Shown: positions 1-10,449 of the stretch, piece by piece | Position numbering within the stretch: position 1 is the first letter of the stretch | How the letters are laid out: each line of letters begins with the position of its first letter | Source: a candidate division WWE3 bacterium | Lineage (GTDB): Bacteria > Patescibacteriota > 4484-211 > GCA-002791395 | NCBI GenBank assembly: GCA_013335095.1 | Contig: JAAXWF010000002.1 | Span: 205,566 to 269,565 of the forward strand | DNA length: 64,000 nucleotides | Direction: 5' to 3' | Translations under genes and position numbers: made by a program | Notes under the pieces: model-generated | What the model saw: only the letters and a program-made list of their open reading frames with translations | Told to the model about the DNA's origin: nothing | Database searches by the model: none

Positions 1-304
1 GTGAATGGGATTTATCTCCGTCCATCAGCCTAAGAAAAGTCAGCAAACCGTTGAACTGCAAGCCCGTTAGGATAGGAAACCACTTCAACACGTAATCAAT
101 CAAAAGGTTCGAACTTTTACGCTATGGCCCACCATTTAGTTTAACGATTGGATATACCACAAGTAAAACCTTGTATGTATGGCCCTGGCTATCCCCTAAA
201 TAGATCGATAACAGAGTTATGATTTTCAATCCCTCTAATATTACTTTGACGAACAGATGAAAACGTGAAAGCAGATGATCTATTATCAGAGATCATTAAT
301 AGTC

Positions 305-994
305 TTACCTATACGCAGTTAATTCCGCCGTGGTGAGGATTTTTATATAATCTTGAAACATTGTCTCGTTTTTAGCATTTATATTCACAAACAAACTCGT
401 ATAGGGCGAAGAATCTGGCAATGAGAGTACCGTATCCGAACTATTGACCGTAGCCGCATGAATCTCACCAGTGGTTTTATCCTGACAGGAATAAAGTGAA
501 CGATCCCCATGCAAAAAAACCACATCAATAAATGATGACGTTCCATTATCACAATTGATCCCAACATCATAGGGCGCGGGACGCACAGTAATTCCATACT
601 TAGTACCATCCGATGTTCGCTCCGAACTAACAACAGCAACTTGTGGAACCTGCATCTGCACCTGCGAACAACTACTCAGATTCCGAACAATACCTTGCAA
701 CTGACTACACAGCACAGTTACATTACGACGCTCGATGGTATACATACCAGGAACAATAATCGTAAAACCATATTCATCCAAATCATATGATTTACTTTCT
801 ATCGCAGATGGAGAAGTCGAAACAGTCGGGGTGGGGGAAAGATCTACAGATGGAACCAAAGTAACGGTAGGTACCAGATCCGACTGATTTTGTCGGACCT
901 TGTTGGTATAAACCAGAACGCAGATAACACCAACGCTCACAATCAATAGGATCACAAAGACTTCAATAACGCCAAAACCCTTGGTAGATTTCAC
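305..994 (-). CDS. Pilin-like (class III signal) membrane-anchored surface protein with Pro/Thr linker
   Basis: N-terminus KGF-GVIEV followed by a hydrophobic helix; PT/S-rich linker; Cys pairs in the C-terminal domain. Confidence 0.7.
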   Translation of the reverse strand: MKSTKGFGVIEVFVILLIVSVGVICVLVYTNKVRQNQSDLVPTVTLVPSVDLSPTPTVSTSPSAIESKSYDLDEYGFTIIVPGMYTIERRNVTVLCSQLQGIVRNLSSCSQVQMQVPQVAVVSSERTSDGTKYGITVRPAPYDVGINCDNGTSSFIDVVFLHGDRSLYSCQDKTTGEIHAATVNSSDTVLSLPDSSPYTSLFVNINAKNETMFQDYIKILTTAELTAYR

Positions 995-1043
995 CTATTC
1001 ATCATAATACATTTTTAGGCGCAAGAAAAATCAAACCCAGTCA

Positions 1044-1532
1044 TTAATAACTTTCATTCATAATCTGGTCTATTCCGTTGATTAACTGATCTCCTGATTG
1101 AGATGAGGTAGTTGGAGTAGGGGAAACATCGGTATCAGGACCAAGCTCCAGTAAATAATCAGTACCGTATAATCCGGCAAAAATCCCTAAATCATACACA
1201 TCAACCCGACCGTTGCCTTCAATATCACACAGAGCCTGATAAATATCACTCGAATCCGTAATCATCGAATCATAGTAATAGGCAAATACACCAAGATCAT
1301 ACACATCAACCACGCCATTACCATCAATATCCGCCGGAAAAGAACCGCCTTCGTTTACTTGATTCGTTGTAGCTACTTGAGCGTTTGATTGATCTTTTGG
1401 AAAAAGAGATGCAAATTTACTCTTAAACGCAAACGGAGCAAGAGATCCGAGCACAACGATTAAAGCGATAAACAAACCACTAAAAACAACTCCAGTATTA
1501 TTCACTTTTGCTTTTTTATCTTTAGTATCCAT
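1044..1532 (-). CDS. Membrane-anchored or secreted dockerin-domain protein
   Basis: TM helix, then two Ca-loop repeats DIDGNGVVDVYDLG and DIEGNGRVDVYDLG. Confidence 0.8.
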   Translation of the reverse strand: MDTKDKKAKVNNTGVVFSGLFIALIVVLGSLAPFAFKSKFASLFPKDQSNAQVATTNQVNEGGSFPADIDGNGVVDVYDLGVFAYYYDSMITDSSDIYQALCDIEGNGRVDVYDLGIFAGLYGTDYLLELGPDTDVSPTPTTSSQSGDQLINGIDQIMNESY

Positions 1533-1575
1533 GCATTAAATAAAAACCACTATTTTATGAAGTTATATAAGAAGA

Positions 1576-1869
1576 TTATAAACCGTTAGAAGAATCATTC
1601 AAAGAATCGCTGTTAAGATCAGTCGAATCATCCATGACCTGATTAATTTGATCAATCTCACTGTTAACGCTATCTGAAGAATCAATTACGGTAGGGCTAG
1701 CCGAAATAACTGGAGTAGGAGTCGTAGCCGTATCAGTTGAATTACTTGATTTGCTTTGGGTCATGTATACGTACACACCACCAACAATAACACCAATGAT
1801 AAACAACACAACAACAACTTCAACAATTGAAAAACCTTTGTTTGACGACTTACTCAACATGTAATTCAT
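1576..1869 (-). CDS. Small pilin-like protein (prepilin N-terminal motif)
   Basis: KGF-SIVEVVVVLFIIG; S/T/D-rich tail. Confidence 0.7.
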   Translation of the reverse strand: MNYMLSKSSNKGFSIVEVVVVLFIIGVIVGGVYVYMTQSKSSNSTDTATTPTPVISASPTVIDSSDSVNSEIDQINQVMDDSTDLNSDSLNDSSNGL

Positions 1870-1936
1870 GATAATAAATTGACATTCGCATCGTCAACCA
1901 CTAGTTTAGATTATTACGTTAAGTATCTTCCCATAC

Positions 1937-1962
1937 AAAAGAGACCGATAAACGGTCTCTTT
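1937..1962 (-). terminator. Intrinsic terminator (could act in both directions)
   Basis: AAAA-GAGACCG-ataaa-CGGTCTC-TTT, downstream of the 1985-2770 gene. Confidence 0.7.
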
Positions 1963-1984
1963 AATGTCTAGGAACACTTCTTAC

Positions 1985-2770
1985 TTACAGTGTTGTCGTA
2001 GGAGTAATAGTAGCCTCAAGTTGAGTGCGCAAATCTGCCAATAACGGAGAAATCGAATCGTGGTAATACGTTCGAATTTCATTCAGATCATTACGGATAA
2101 CTAATAACTGAGCGCGTGCGCTTTCAAGTTTCGCATCGAACGAACCATCGGTTGCGTTACAATCAGCATTTTTTGCATCCTGTAACAACGTCACTAATTG
2201 ATCTACATCAGTGGTTAACTTATCAACACGTTGCTGAAGAGCAGGCAATGCCGCTTCAAGCTCGGTTGTATCAACGCCTTTTGACTGGGCGAGCGTGATT
2301 AAATTATGTAATCGTGAGATAACGTCACTCCGCTTATCTTTTGCTTGTTGATACTGCTCAATTCGCTTGTCTAAAGCCGATGTAACCCTCTCACATACCC
2401 GAGCGGCGATAGTCGCACGTGGTACCCGTGTAGGAATCAACGACGGATTAATCGTTGGGAACCGACTAATATTAAGAGTCGGAAATCGGGTAGGGAACGT
2501 AGACGGATCCCGTGTCGGACGAGGTGATGGCTTTCGAGATGGATCTATCGTTGGCATGCGTGATAATAATCGATCTGGAATAGTTATTCGTGGTGTGACT
2601 GAAAGGAAACGTTTTGGCGTTGTCGTACGAGTCACTGTTGGCGTTACTTCGTTTTCAGTTGTAGGGATAGACGATTCAAGCGGTTGGGTTGCTGTAGTGA
2701 CAACCGGTCGAGCCGCATACATAACAAACAATGCAACAAAAGCAGTAATAGTTAATGCTGTACGTTTCAT
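1985..2770 (-). CDS. Secreted Pro/Thr-repeat plus coiled-coil protein
   Basis: AGGAGGTGA SD before ATG 2770; signal peptide; repeated SRxPTxxP motifs; helical C-terminal half with a Cys pair. Confidence 0.7.
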   Translation of the reverse strand: MKRTALTITAFVALFVMYAARPVVTTATQPLESSIPTTENEVTPTVTRTTTPKRFLSVTPRITIPDRLLSRMPTIDPSRKPSPRPTRDPSTFPTRFPTLNISRFPTINPSLIPTRVPRATIAARVCERVTSALDKRIEQYQQAKDKRSDVISRLHNLITLAQSKGVDTTELEAALPALQQRVDKLTTDVDQLVTLLQDAKNADCNATDGSFDAKLESARAQLLVIRNDLNEIRTYYHDSISPLLADLRTQLEATITPTTTL

Positions 2771-2867
2771 AGTCAATCACCTCCTTTGAATTTACTCTAA
2801 CCCTCGGTACATAAAAAAGCAATCTTGTAGTTTATCACACGAGATATACCAGATATACTAACAAGAT

Positions 2868-3857
2868 ATGGAAAAACAATCAAAGATAGTCAGCTTAATC
2901 AATTTTATTCGTAAACCGATCTATCCTAATGAAATCAGTACCGATTCTTTTGCCCATAAATTCTGGACCGTCATTCAGTTTTTGTCATTGCACTATGCGA
3001 TATCGATACCTTTTGGAATTCTAATTGTTGTAATACTAACAGCGGTAAATTATCCGGTTGAAAATCATTCCGTAGTTAATTTTTTTTCCAATGAACCATG
3101 GTACTTTACTCTCTTAGTCGGCAGCATATTAGCTCCGATAATTGAAGAGTTGACGTTTAGACTTCCGCTTCGGTATTCCGCGCTCAATGTGAGTGTGTTT
3201 ATAGGGTTTGTTAGCTTACTTATCTTCCAGCTTATGGACGAGCTAAACCTACCGTTCATGGACCTTATACCAGAGCAAATTCGATCAGTTGGCATATTAT
3301 CGGGAGGACCAATATTCACTGCAAGTTTTAGTGTAGGTATTCTAATTTTATTTTTGATCGTGCGCCAATTCATAAAAAAAGACGCCGCCCTCGGTTGGTA
3401 TAGTCGCCATGTTGGTGTGTTGTTTTACCTGTCTGCACTATCGTTTGGATTTGTGCATCTTGAAAATTACACCGGGCTTGGTACGTTGATTTTTCTGGCT
3501 CCGATATTAGTCGCACCACAAATCATCGGGGGTTTGATGTGGGGGTATCTCAGAATACGCTATGGCTTTGGATGGTCGATTTTAATCCATTCATTGTATA
3601 ACTTCATTGGTATTGTTCCGTTTACCATCCTTTCATTTGCATCCGAGCGATTAACCGACTTTTTAAACAAACCAACAGCACTGACTCTCATGAACCTGAC
3701 CGAATATGACAAAGCCATCCTAATGATTGCCGCAGCCGTCACCTCGGCAATTGCGCTGATATTATTAGTTGCCCTTATCAGCATCGTTTTAGATTGGTAC
3801 GCTCATCGCCCCGTGCGTCAACCAATCATCCGCGAAGACAAGAGTGCGATACAATAA
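2868..3857 (+). CDS. CPBP (CAAX protease/Abi) family intramembrane metalloprotease
   Basis: EELTFR, FGFVH and HSLYN motifs; multiple TM helices. Confidence 0.85.
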   Translation: MEKQSKIVSLINFIRKPIYPNEISTDSFAHKFWTVIQFLSLHYAISIPFGILIVVILTAVNYPVENHSVVNFFSNEPWYFTLLVGSILAPIIEELTFRLPLRYSALNVSVFIGFVSLLIFQLMDELNLPFMDLIPEQIRSVGILSGGPIFTASFSVGILILFLIVRQFIKKDAALGWYSRHVGVLFYLSALSFGFVHLENYTGLGTLIFLAPILVAPQIIGGLMWGYLRIRYGFGWSILIHSLYNFIGIVPFTILSFASERLTDFLNKPTALTLMNLTEYDKAILMIAAAVTSAIALILLVALISIVLDWYAHRPVRQPIIREDKSAIQ

Positions 3858-3861
3858 CCGT

Positions 3862-4134
3862 ATGGAACAAGAACTCCCTCCGATTATCCGATGCCAAAGT
3901 TGCGGTATGCCGCTTGACGAAGGCCTCTATGGAACAAACGCCGACACAACATTATCTAAAGAATTCTGTGTGTATTGTTTTGAATTAGGCGAATATAAAG
4001 AACCAAAGATAACCATAATCGATATGGTGAATCGGTCGGTACAAGAGATGACAAATACCTATGAATTTCCTGAACAAGTTGCACGTGAATTAGCACTCGC
4101 AGTTATTCCGTATCTAAAACGTTGGAAAACCTAA
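3862..4134 (+). CDS. Zinc-ribbon protein (Zn_ribbon_2-like)
   Basis: CQSCGMP...FCVYCF...LKRW; TACAAT 6 nt before ATG 3862. Confidence 0.8.
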   Translation: MEQELPPIIRCQSCGMPLDEGLYGTNADTTLSKEFCVYCFELGEYKEPKITIIDMVNRSVQEMTNTYEFPEQVARELALAVIPYLKRWKT

Positions 4135-4162
4135 CCCATTAATTATTTTATAAAAATTGGAA

Positions 4163-7100
4163 TTAATCAGCCTTTTTAGGAGATTCAGCTGACTTGGAAT
4201 GAAGTTTATCACTAACACTTCGGAACGCGACATAAAGTATCGGAGAAATGATGAGTGACACAAACCCAGAGGTAAACAATCCACTCACAATAACTAACGA
4301 TAATGATCGATACAGCTCGGAGAACAAAATCAACGGAAGTGTTGAAACAAGAGTCGTTATCTTGGTCAAGATTATCGGACGAAACCGAACTCCAGAGGCA
4401 TACGCAATCGCATCTTTATAATTCCATCCCTGGCGAACTTTTTGATTAGCACCATCAATAAGGAAGATCGCCACGTTTTCAACAATTCCGACCAAAATAA
4501 TCACACCAATAATCTCAAGGAAGCCAAGCTGCCCACCCGCCAAATATGCGAGTGCCGGGAAGATGCCGATAAAGGTAAGTGGAATGGCAAATAGAATCAC
4601 CAACGGCAAACTAAATGAATTAAAGAATACGACGAGAATCCCATACGTAAGGACTATCGCCAAAAGAAGGGCCAACCCAAGTTCTTTAAACGACTTACCC
4701 ATAGATGCGGTATCGCCTTCGGAATATACCTCAACCACTGTTTCATCATCATAATATTCTTTGTAATCATCATTAAATGATTTGATTACCAACGATTGAA
4801 TCGTTCCGACATTTGCCTGGTCAGTAAAATCGGTCTTAGGTTTAGCATTAACCACTCCAATAACTTCACCATTTACTCGCCGTATTGATGGGGGAGATTC
4901 TACCGTCGAAATAGAAGCGACATCAGAAAGTGGCACCGACGTACCGCGCACGCTGGTTAACGTAACGTTTTTCAGATCATCAATACTCGCAGGAGCCTCT
5001 TTATCTGATTCAAGTTTAATGTCTAATTCCGTTTCACCAGTTTTAAGCACAGCAACTCGTTTACCACCATTAACAGAATACAGATTAGAAATAATTTGTT
5101 GAACAGCAAATGGCTGGATACCGTTACTTACTAATTTCTCTCGATCCAATAAGACTTGAACAAAGGTAGTGGCACTATCATCGTAGCCGTTATCAACGCG
5201 TTCTATAACTTTATTTGAAGCCGAACATTGTTGGTCTATCGTTATGGCATTATCGCCATCTTTACACACGCTATTTAAAATTTTGGTGACGTCTTCAGCG
5301 ATTTGGCGTTGGACATCCAGATCAGGGTTTTTAATCCCCAGCGCAATCGGATAAGCCGAATTTTGAGGACCAGGTCCTAGAACATTAACTGTAATATCGC
5401 TGAATCGAGATCCAACATCTTTTAGCTTTGTCCGTAAACGCTCCGCAACGTCGGTAGCTGTGGTATCAACCCGATCGTTACGATCAACTAATTTGACCAT
5501 GTATCCACCAGCTCCCCGAGTGGAAAAAGGCGAAACATCTTTAACTGCCGAATCTTTCATAATCTGTGAGACCAATGCCTTTTCGTCAGATACAATTTGA
5601 TCTTTGGTTAGCTGAGGACGAAGCGTCGCCGAGATTAATAACGAGTCGCCGTCTTCAGGTTGAGCGAATTGAACCGATTTAACTTGACCTGTTCCCATGT
5701 AAAAGCCGGCCGTACCGACAGATAAAACCAATGCCAAAACGACAATAACAACCCGAATCCATGCCGGTGCATATAAGATCTTTTTGTTAAGCCAGGCCAT
5801 GCCACGGGCAATACTCCACAGATTCTTTTCTTCATCATCTGATGACGATTCACCCCGGCGCAAAAAAATGCCGCCAAACCAAGCCAAAAATACAATCGGA
5901 ACAACATAAGAACCAATGATCGCTGGAATTACGGTGAGTGGAATGTATGAAATAATTTGTCCGAAGACACCCGACACCACTCCAAATGGGAAGAATACAA
6001 TCAGCGAGGTCACGACGGCAAGGACAAGCCCCCAGCCGATTTCATCGACGGCAGCAATCACCGCATCTTTGCCGCTTAATCCACTATCAATCTTGCGCTG
6101 GATAGCCTCGAGCACTACTAATGCCGGATCAACAACCAGCCCAATAACTAAGACCAATGAAAAAAGAACTAATGTATTTAAGTCATTGCCAGTTGCGGCA
6201 ACCCAAATTGTCGAAAAAGAAAATGATAATGGAACTGCAAAAGCCGAAATCAACGCCGCTCGCCAGCTCACGAGTGCGAGCATGGCAAGGAACACGAGTT
6301 GAATACCTCCAAAGATATATCCGATCCAACCCAATGGAATATCCCACTTGCCACCAATCATACCCGAGATAACTTCTTCGACCTGCTTTTGATTATCCTC
6401 AGCCACGTTATATGTTTTGACTAACTCATATTGGCGGAAAATAAGTTGATTCTGCGATGTCAGCGTTTTAAATGACGTCGATGCCGCATCGAAATACTTT
6501 TCAATTATCGACTTCAGGCGTAGATCGTATTCAGACAACGGAACATCATCGGCGATATCAATACTAAAAGAGATACCCTCGCTCACTACATCTGCTCCGC
6601 GATTTTGGAAACCGATCACACTCGGAGACTCTTCGGTATCGTACGTTTCTTTTATATCGGCGATGTCACGAAGCCTTACTATTGAAGGAGCGGTCGGTCC
6701 GTTTGCGGCCCCGACCAATTGAATAGCTCCAAAATCATCCAGCGATTTACCAGAAATCGACAAATTAATGTTGTATGTCTTGTCATCCAGATTGGCGTCT
6801 TGCACAACCGGAAGAGTTAAACCCCACGATTTGAGTTGTTCAATAATGCTTTGAGTAGTTAATCCTGCTTTAACAACATCACTATTTCGTAATGTTACTG
6901 AAATTTCTTTTTTAATCTCATTATTCAAGGTTATGCTGGCAACCGCTGAATCTTTTTCGACTTCTTTACGAAACATCTCGAATACCTGATACATTTCGGC
7001 AGGTCGATACTCAACATCTTTTGGTACTAAGGAAAAATAATATTCATCGCCACTTACTTTTGGCGTATATACAGTAGTTTTATCAACTCCATCAGGTAAC

Positions 7101-7486
7101 GTAACCGAACCAATCGCCGAGTCGATCTCACTTTTTACGCTTTGTAAATTAGCGCCAGTATTTAGATTAACGACAATGCTCGATACGTTATCAAGAGAGT
7201 TTGAATTTACACTTTTAACACCATCGACTTGAGTAATTTCGCTTTCGAGCGGTCTGGTAACTTGTTCCATCACCGTCGATGATGAGGCACCAGGATAAAG
7301 GGTATTTACCACAATAATGTCGATTGTTGGTGAAGGGAACCCGGTGGTTCGAAGCATAAATATCGAACCGATACCAAACACTACCAGGATGACTAGTAAT
7401 AATAAAGTGATGCGGGCACGATTTAAGAAAAATCGCGTAATACGCGCATTAAGCGAGATTGGTGGGGCAGTGTAATTTTTTACCAT
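4163..7486 (-). CDS. RND efflux permease, AcrB/AcrD/AcrF family
   Basis: 1107 aa; YPGAS, TRPLE, GLVVD and RFRPIILT motifs; 12-TM layout with two large loops. Confidence 0.92.
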   Translation of the reverse strand: MVKNYTAPPISLNARITRFFLNRARITLLLLVILVVFGIGSIFMLRTTGFPSPTIDIIVVNTLYPGASSSTVMEQVTRPLESEITQVDGVKSVNSNSLDNVSSIVVNLNTGANLQSVKSEIDSAIGSVTLPDGVDKTTVYTPKVSGDEYYFSLVPKDVEYRPAEMYQVFEMFRKEVEKDSAVASITLNNEIKKEISVTLRNSDVVKAGLTTQSIIEQLKSWGLTLPVVQDANLDDKTYNINLSISGKSLDDFGAIQLVGAANGPTAPSIVRLRDIADIKETYDTEESPSVIGFQNRGADVVSEGISFSIDIADDVPLSEYDLRLKSIIEKYFDAASTSFKTLTSQNQLIFRQYELVKTYNVAEDNQKQVEEVISGMIGGKWDIPLGWIGYIFGGIQLVFLAMLALVSWRAALISAFAVPLSFSFSTIWVAATGNDLNTLVLFSLVLVIGLVVDPALVVLEAIQRKIDSGLSGKDAVIAAVDEIGWGLVLAVVTSLIVFFPFGVVSGVFGQIISYIPLTVIPAIIGSYVVPIVFLAWFGGIFLRRGESSSDDEEKNLWSIARGMAWLNKKILYAPAWIRVVIVVLALVLSVGTAGFYMGTGQVKSVQFAQPEDGDSLLISATLRPQLTKDQIVSDEKALVSQIMKDSAVKDVSPFSTRGAGGYMVKLVDRNDRVDTTATDVAERLRTKLKDVGSRFSDITVNVLGPGPQNSAYPIALGIKNPDLDVQRQIAEDVTKILNSVCKDGDNAITIDQQCSASNKVIERVDNGYDDSATTFVQVLLDREKLVSNGIQPFAVQQIISNLYSVNGGKRVAVLKTGETELDIKLESDKEAPASIDDLKNVTLTSVRGTSVPLSDVASISTVESPPSIRRVNGEVIGVVNAKPKTDFTDQANVGTIQSLVIKSFNDDYKEYYDDETVVEVYSEGDTASMGKSFKELGLALLLAIVLTYGILVVFFNSFSLPLVILFAIPLTFIGIFPALAYLAGGQLGFLEIIGVIILVGIVENVAIFLIDGANQKVRQGWNYKDAIAYASGVRFRPIILTKITTLVSTLPLILFSELYRSLSLVIVSGLFTSGFVSLIISPILYVAFRSVSDKLHSKSAESPKKAD

Positions 7487-7551
7487 GCAAAGTGGACACT
7501 ATAACTATTGTCCGAACCTGGTAAAAAGTCAAGTTGGTTTGCTATGAAGGT

Positions 7552-8073
7552 TTATTTAACGGTAATTGTCAGTACAGATTCATCGCTGCCATGGGCTGAT
7601 TCATCAAGGTGATTATGGACCTCCCATGTACCTGGAACCGAAAACGTAAATACGAAATGACCATTAGCAGCTAATTCACCCGAGTCCATATATCCGTCAT
7701 GATCATCGTGTGAACCAGTGGCTAAAAGAATTGGATCAGTACTGTTATTAACAAAATCAACGATATCTCCAACATGTAATGAAAGTATTGGGGATAAGAA
7801 ACCTTGTTGTTGCCAGGAAACGACGGTGGGCTGTTTTACGCTTTGGTCATCTGCACTAGGACTCGTATTTATACGTTCTAAATATCCAGTTGCCTGAGGT
7901 GCTCGAGAAGGTGATGGCGTTGGTGACGTTCGCGTATTCGTTGAACGGGGTGCGGGGCTATTCACATATTCGTTAGAAAGAACGTACAACGCGCAACCAA
8001 TTGTTACCAAAGCGGCAACAATAATAATGATCAAAATATAAGGTGATGACGCATTTGACGACTTATCATCCAT
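7552..8073 (-). CDS. Membrane-anchored cupredoxin-like protein
   Basis: F-P--L-L-VGD-V-F-N ... FTFSVPGTWEVHNH beta-sandwich pattern after a TM helix and PT linker; no Cys ligand in the domain. Confidence 0.7.
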   Translation of the reverse strand: MDDKSSNASSPYILIIIIVAALVTIGCALYVLSNEYVNSPAPRSTNTRTSPTPSPSRAPQATGYLERINTSPSADDQSVKQPTVVSWQQQGFLSPILSLHVGDIVDFVNNSTDPILLATGSHDDHDGYMDSGELAANGHFVFTFSVPGTWEVHNHLDESAHGSDESVLTITVK

Positions 8074-8175
8074 ATGCAGTTTAAGTATACACCGAAAAAA
8101 ACGTCAGTGGAAAGTTATCAAACAATGATACAAAATGAGGTACAATAAACACAACATAAGGAGGTGATTAATAGT

Positions 8176-8430
8176 ATGAATGAATCACAAAAACAAGAAG
8201 AATCATTTCGAGTGAACGGCAGCCAACTCCTCGCAAAGTTTGAGGAGCTCATCAAAGAAGGTAACGTTCGCAAAATATCGATTACCGATAAAGACGGCAA
8301 AACCCTTGCGGTTTTCCCACTCACCGTTGGTGTAGTTGGAATGATGCTTGCCCCAGTACTTGCAGCTGTAGGTGCCATTGCCGCACTCGTAACAGACTGT
8401 ACGATTACCGTCGAACGCCAGCAAGATTAA
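8176..8430 (+). CDS. DUF4342-family protein
   Basis: LIKEGNVRKI...PLTVGVVG...LAAVGAIAALVTDCTITVER; GGAGGTGA SD. Confidence 0.85.
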   Translation: MNESQKQEESFRVNGSQLLAKFEELIKEGNVRKISITDKDGKTLAVFPLTVGVVGMMLAPVLAAVGAIAALVTDCTITVERQQD

Positions 8431-8485
8431 AAGACATTCCATGGTAAGATAGGATTAATAAATCTGCCCAAATGACCTATTACGT

Positions 8486-9109
8486 ATGGGCAGATATAAA
8501 ATAATTCAATCACAATCATTATTCTCGTGGAAACATATTTTGATCGGAGGCGTTCTAGCCGGGGTATCGCTATTAATTGTCCATTCTTTTGTTCCAAATA
8601 GAATTGCCTCATCGCTTGCATTTAATGAATTAAAAACATTTGATACAACGGCTATCGATCCGCACCAACCCGCACTAAATATCACGCCATCGGTGCCAAC
8701 ACTAACAGAGCTTCCAGTCCGAAAAAATTTTCATCTTAAGCCAAGCAGAACTCCAACAGCGACACCCACCATACTTACTCCGAATACGCCTACACCAACA
8801 ACAACACAACCACTTCCGACAGCCACCCAGACACTAACCATAGCCGTACCAACCGAAATACCGCAAACGCCGACTCCAATCATTACGAAAGAGTTTGATC
8901 CATTACCTACAGTAATACCAATTACGCTGATTCCACTTCCAACAATAATTGGAATTCCATGCGGATGCCCTTGTCCACCATGTATTGATCCCGTTTCCGC
9001 TGAATCACTCAAAACTTCTATCTGTGTCTGTCCCCAGTATCAAACAGACTCAATTGGATCAACAATTCGCTGCCTTGATCAAACAGTGGTTTATCCATGC
9101 GCGCTGTAA
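8486..9109 (+). CDS. Membrane-anchored Pro/Thr-rich protein with Cys-rich tail
   Basis: TM helix, long PT tract, CGCPCPPC...CVCP. Confidence 0.6.
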   Translation: MGRYKIIQSQSLFSWKHILIGGVLAGVSLLIVHSFVPNRIASSLAFNELKTFDTTAIDPHQPALNITPSVPTLTELPVRKNFHLKPSRTPTATPTILTPNTPTPTTTQPLPTATQTLTIAVPTEIPQTPTPIITKEFDPLPTVIPITLIPLPTIIGIPCGCPCPPCIDPVSAESLKTSICVCPQYQTDSIGSTIRCLDQTVVYPCAL

Positions 9110-9147
9110 TCATATTCGGCTATTTATTTTGGTACACTTAACTAACC

Positions 9148-9507
9148 ATGAGTATTAAACAGACCGTAACCATCGTACTAATTATGACACTTGTAGCTTT
9201 TGTCGGAATTTATGTCGCATATTATGCACAGCCAGGTTTAACCGAAGCCGACGCAATCGCCAAAGTTCAGCAAACAGATCCGCAGCTACAAGAGTATCCG
9301 TCCGATAGCCTTCCGCCCAAAAGCATTAGGACAAAGTCCAATGGCTCTGGCTGGTTAATTCAATTTGTCCAAGAGGGGAGCGGAGTACCGATAATTTCGG
9401 CACAATGTTTTTCGGTTGATAAAAGAGGGATCGTAACGAAACGAGGATCATACGACCGAGTAAAAGATGGTGAGAAAATGGATCTATCATTTAGTGATTG
9501 CCAATAA
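9148..9507 (+). CDS. Small membrane-anchored hypothetical protein
   Basis: N-terminal TM helix; Cys pair. Confidence 0.65.
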   Translation: MSIKQTVTIVLIMTLVAFVGIYVAYYAQPGLTEADAIAKVQQTDPQLQEYPSDSLPPKSIRTKSNGSGWLIQFVQEGSGVPIISAQCFSVDKRGIVTKRGSYDRVKDGEKMDLSFSDCQ

Positions 9508-9603
9508 TCGCTTCTAAAAGAGTCTCATTATTTCAACATGCAGGTATTTGCTACAATCGATGCGGGAAAAAAGTATAAGACGGCAGTACCAGGAGGATGA
9601 GCC

Positions 9604-10332
9604 ATGCTCACACGATCGGTGGATATGTCGCTGTCATGGAGCCCGGAAGTAAGTCATTTTGCCAGGCTCATGACCATCGGAATAAACCCGAGGATAAAGA
9701 TCGACGAGCTTCTTGGGGTTCTCGTGAGTGGCTATTTGGAACTTCTTGGGCAATCATTATTTGCCCAGAAGGATGGTGGTAAAACATATGTCGCCCTGAT
9801 CGCTGATCAGGAAGTACCACGACATACGATCGACTATACGAGACAATGCATCAATGTCACCCTTACCCCAGCGGGGCTTTTGGCACTTGAAGTACTACGG
9901 CATAAACTCGGCCAGGAGTGGCTGAGGGTCTCGATCGAACTGCTGATAAGTCAGTTAATAATCCGAACTGGAGTTCTTGCCGGAACGCCAGAAAACAGGC
10001 TTCGCCAACGGTTTCGCTGGCTTACACAACTGGCAAAGTCGGTTACGTCAGACACCATTCTTGGTCCCAATGATTTGTGGCCAGGGATGATCATTGGGGG
10101 TGAATATCTCGTCATCGGTCCTCCCGAAAGCTTTATGACGTGGAGGCCGGATGATCACTACGGTAGTCCGAATGTTGTTCTGCAGGATACCGGTACCGTC
10201 TTTAGCCTCACGCACCAAGGAATGATGATCACGTGCGCCACAACTTTCGCCCAAAAAAAGGACGACCATGACCTGGGGTCCTACGTAAACATAGGGCGGG
10301 AGCTCGTGCTTCCCGCAATCACAATAGTGTAA
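9604..10332 (+). CDS. Orphan hypothetical protein (SD-led unit)
   Basis: AGGAGG 7 nt before ATG; terminator hairpin 10340-10368; C-terminal domain similar to the 10450 ORF. Confidence 0.7.
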   Translation: MLTRSVDMSLSWSPEVSHFARLMTIGINPRIKIDELLGVLVSGYLELLGQSLFAQKDGGKTYVALIADQEVPRHTIDYTRQCINVTLTPAGLLALEVLRHKLGQEWLRVSIELLISQLIIRTGVLAGTPENRLRQRFRWLTQLAKSVTSDTILGPNDLWPGMIIGGEYLVIGPPESFMTWRPDDHYGSPNVVLQDTGTVFSLTHQGMMITCATTFAQKKDDHDLGSYVNIGRELVLPAITIV

Positions 10333-10339
10333 ACATCAC

Positions 10340-10368
10340 GAGCAGATGGAATTTCTATCTGCTCTTTT
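10340..10368 (+). terminator. Intrinsic terminator
   Basis: GAGCAGATGGA-att-TCTATCTGCTC-TTTT. Confidence 0.75.
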
Positions 10369-10449
10369 CATATAACTCCCATTAAAGTCATAAAAAGCTG
10401 ATACAATACACTCGTTTCAGCACGATGTGGTAAGACGAGGAGGGCGTAG

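Noticed and set aside
1-304. Possible partial gene at the window start
   Set aside because: The frames I checked hit stops early and show no recognisable motif, so no call is supported
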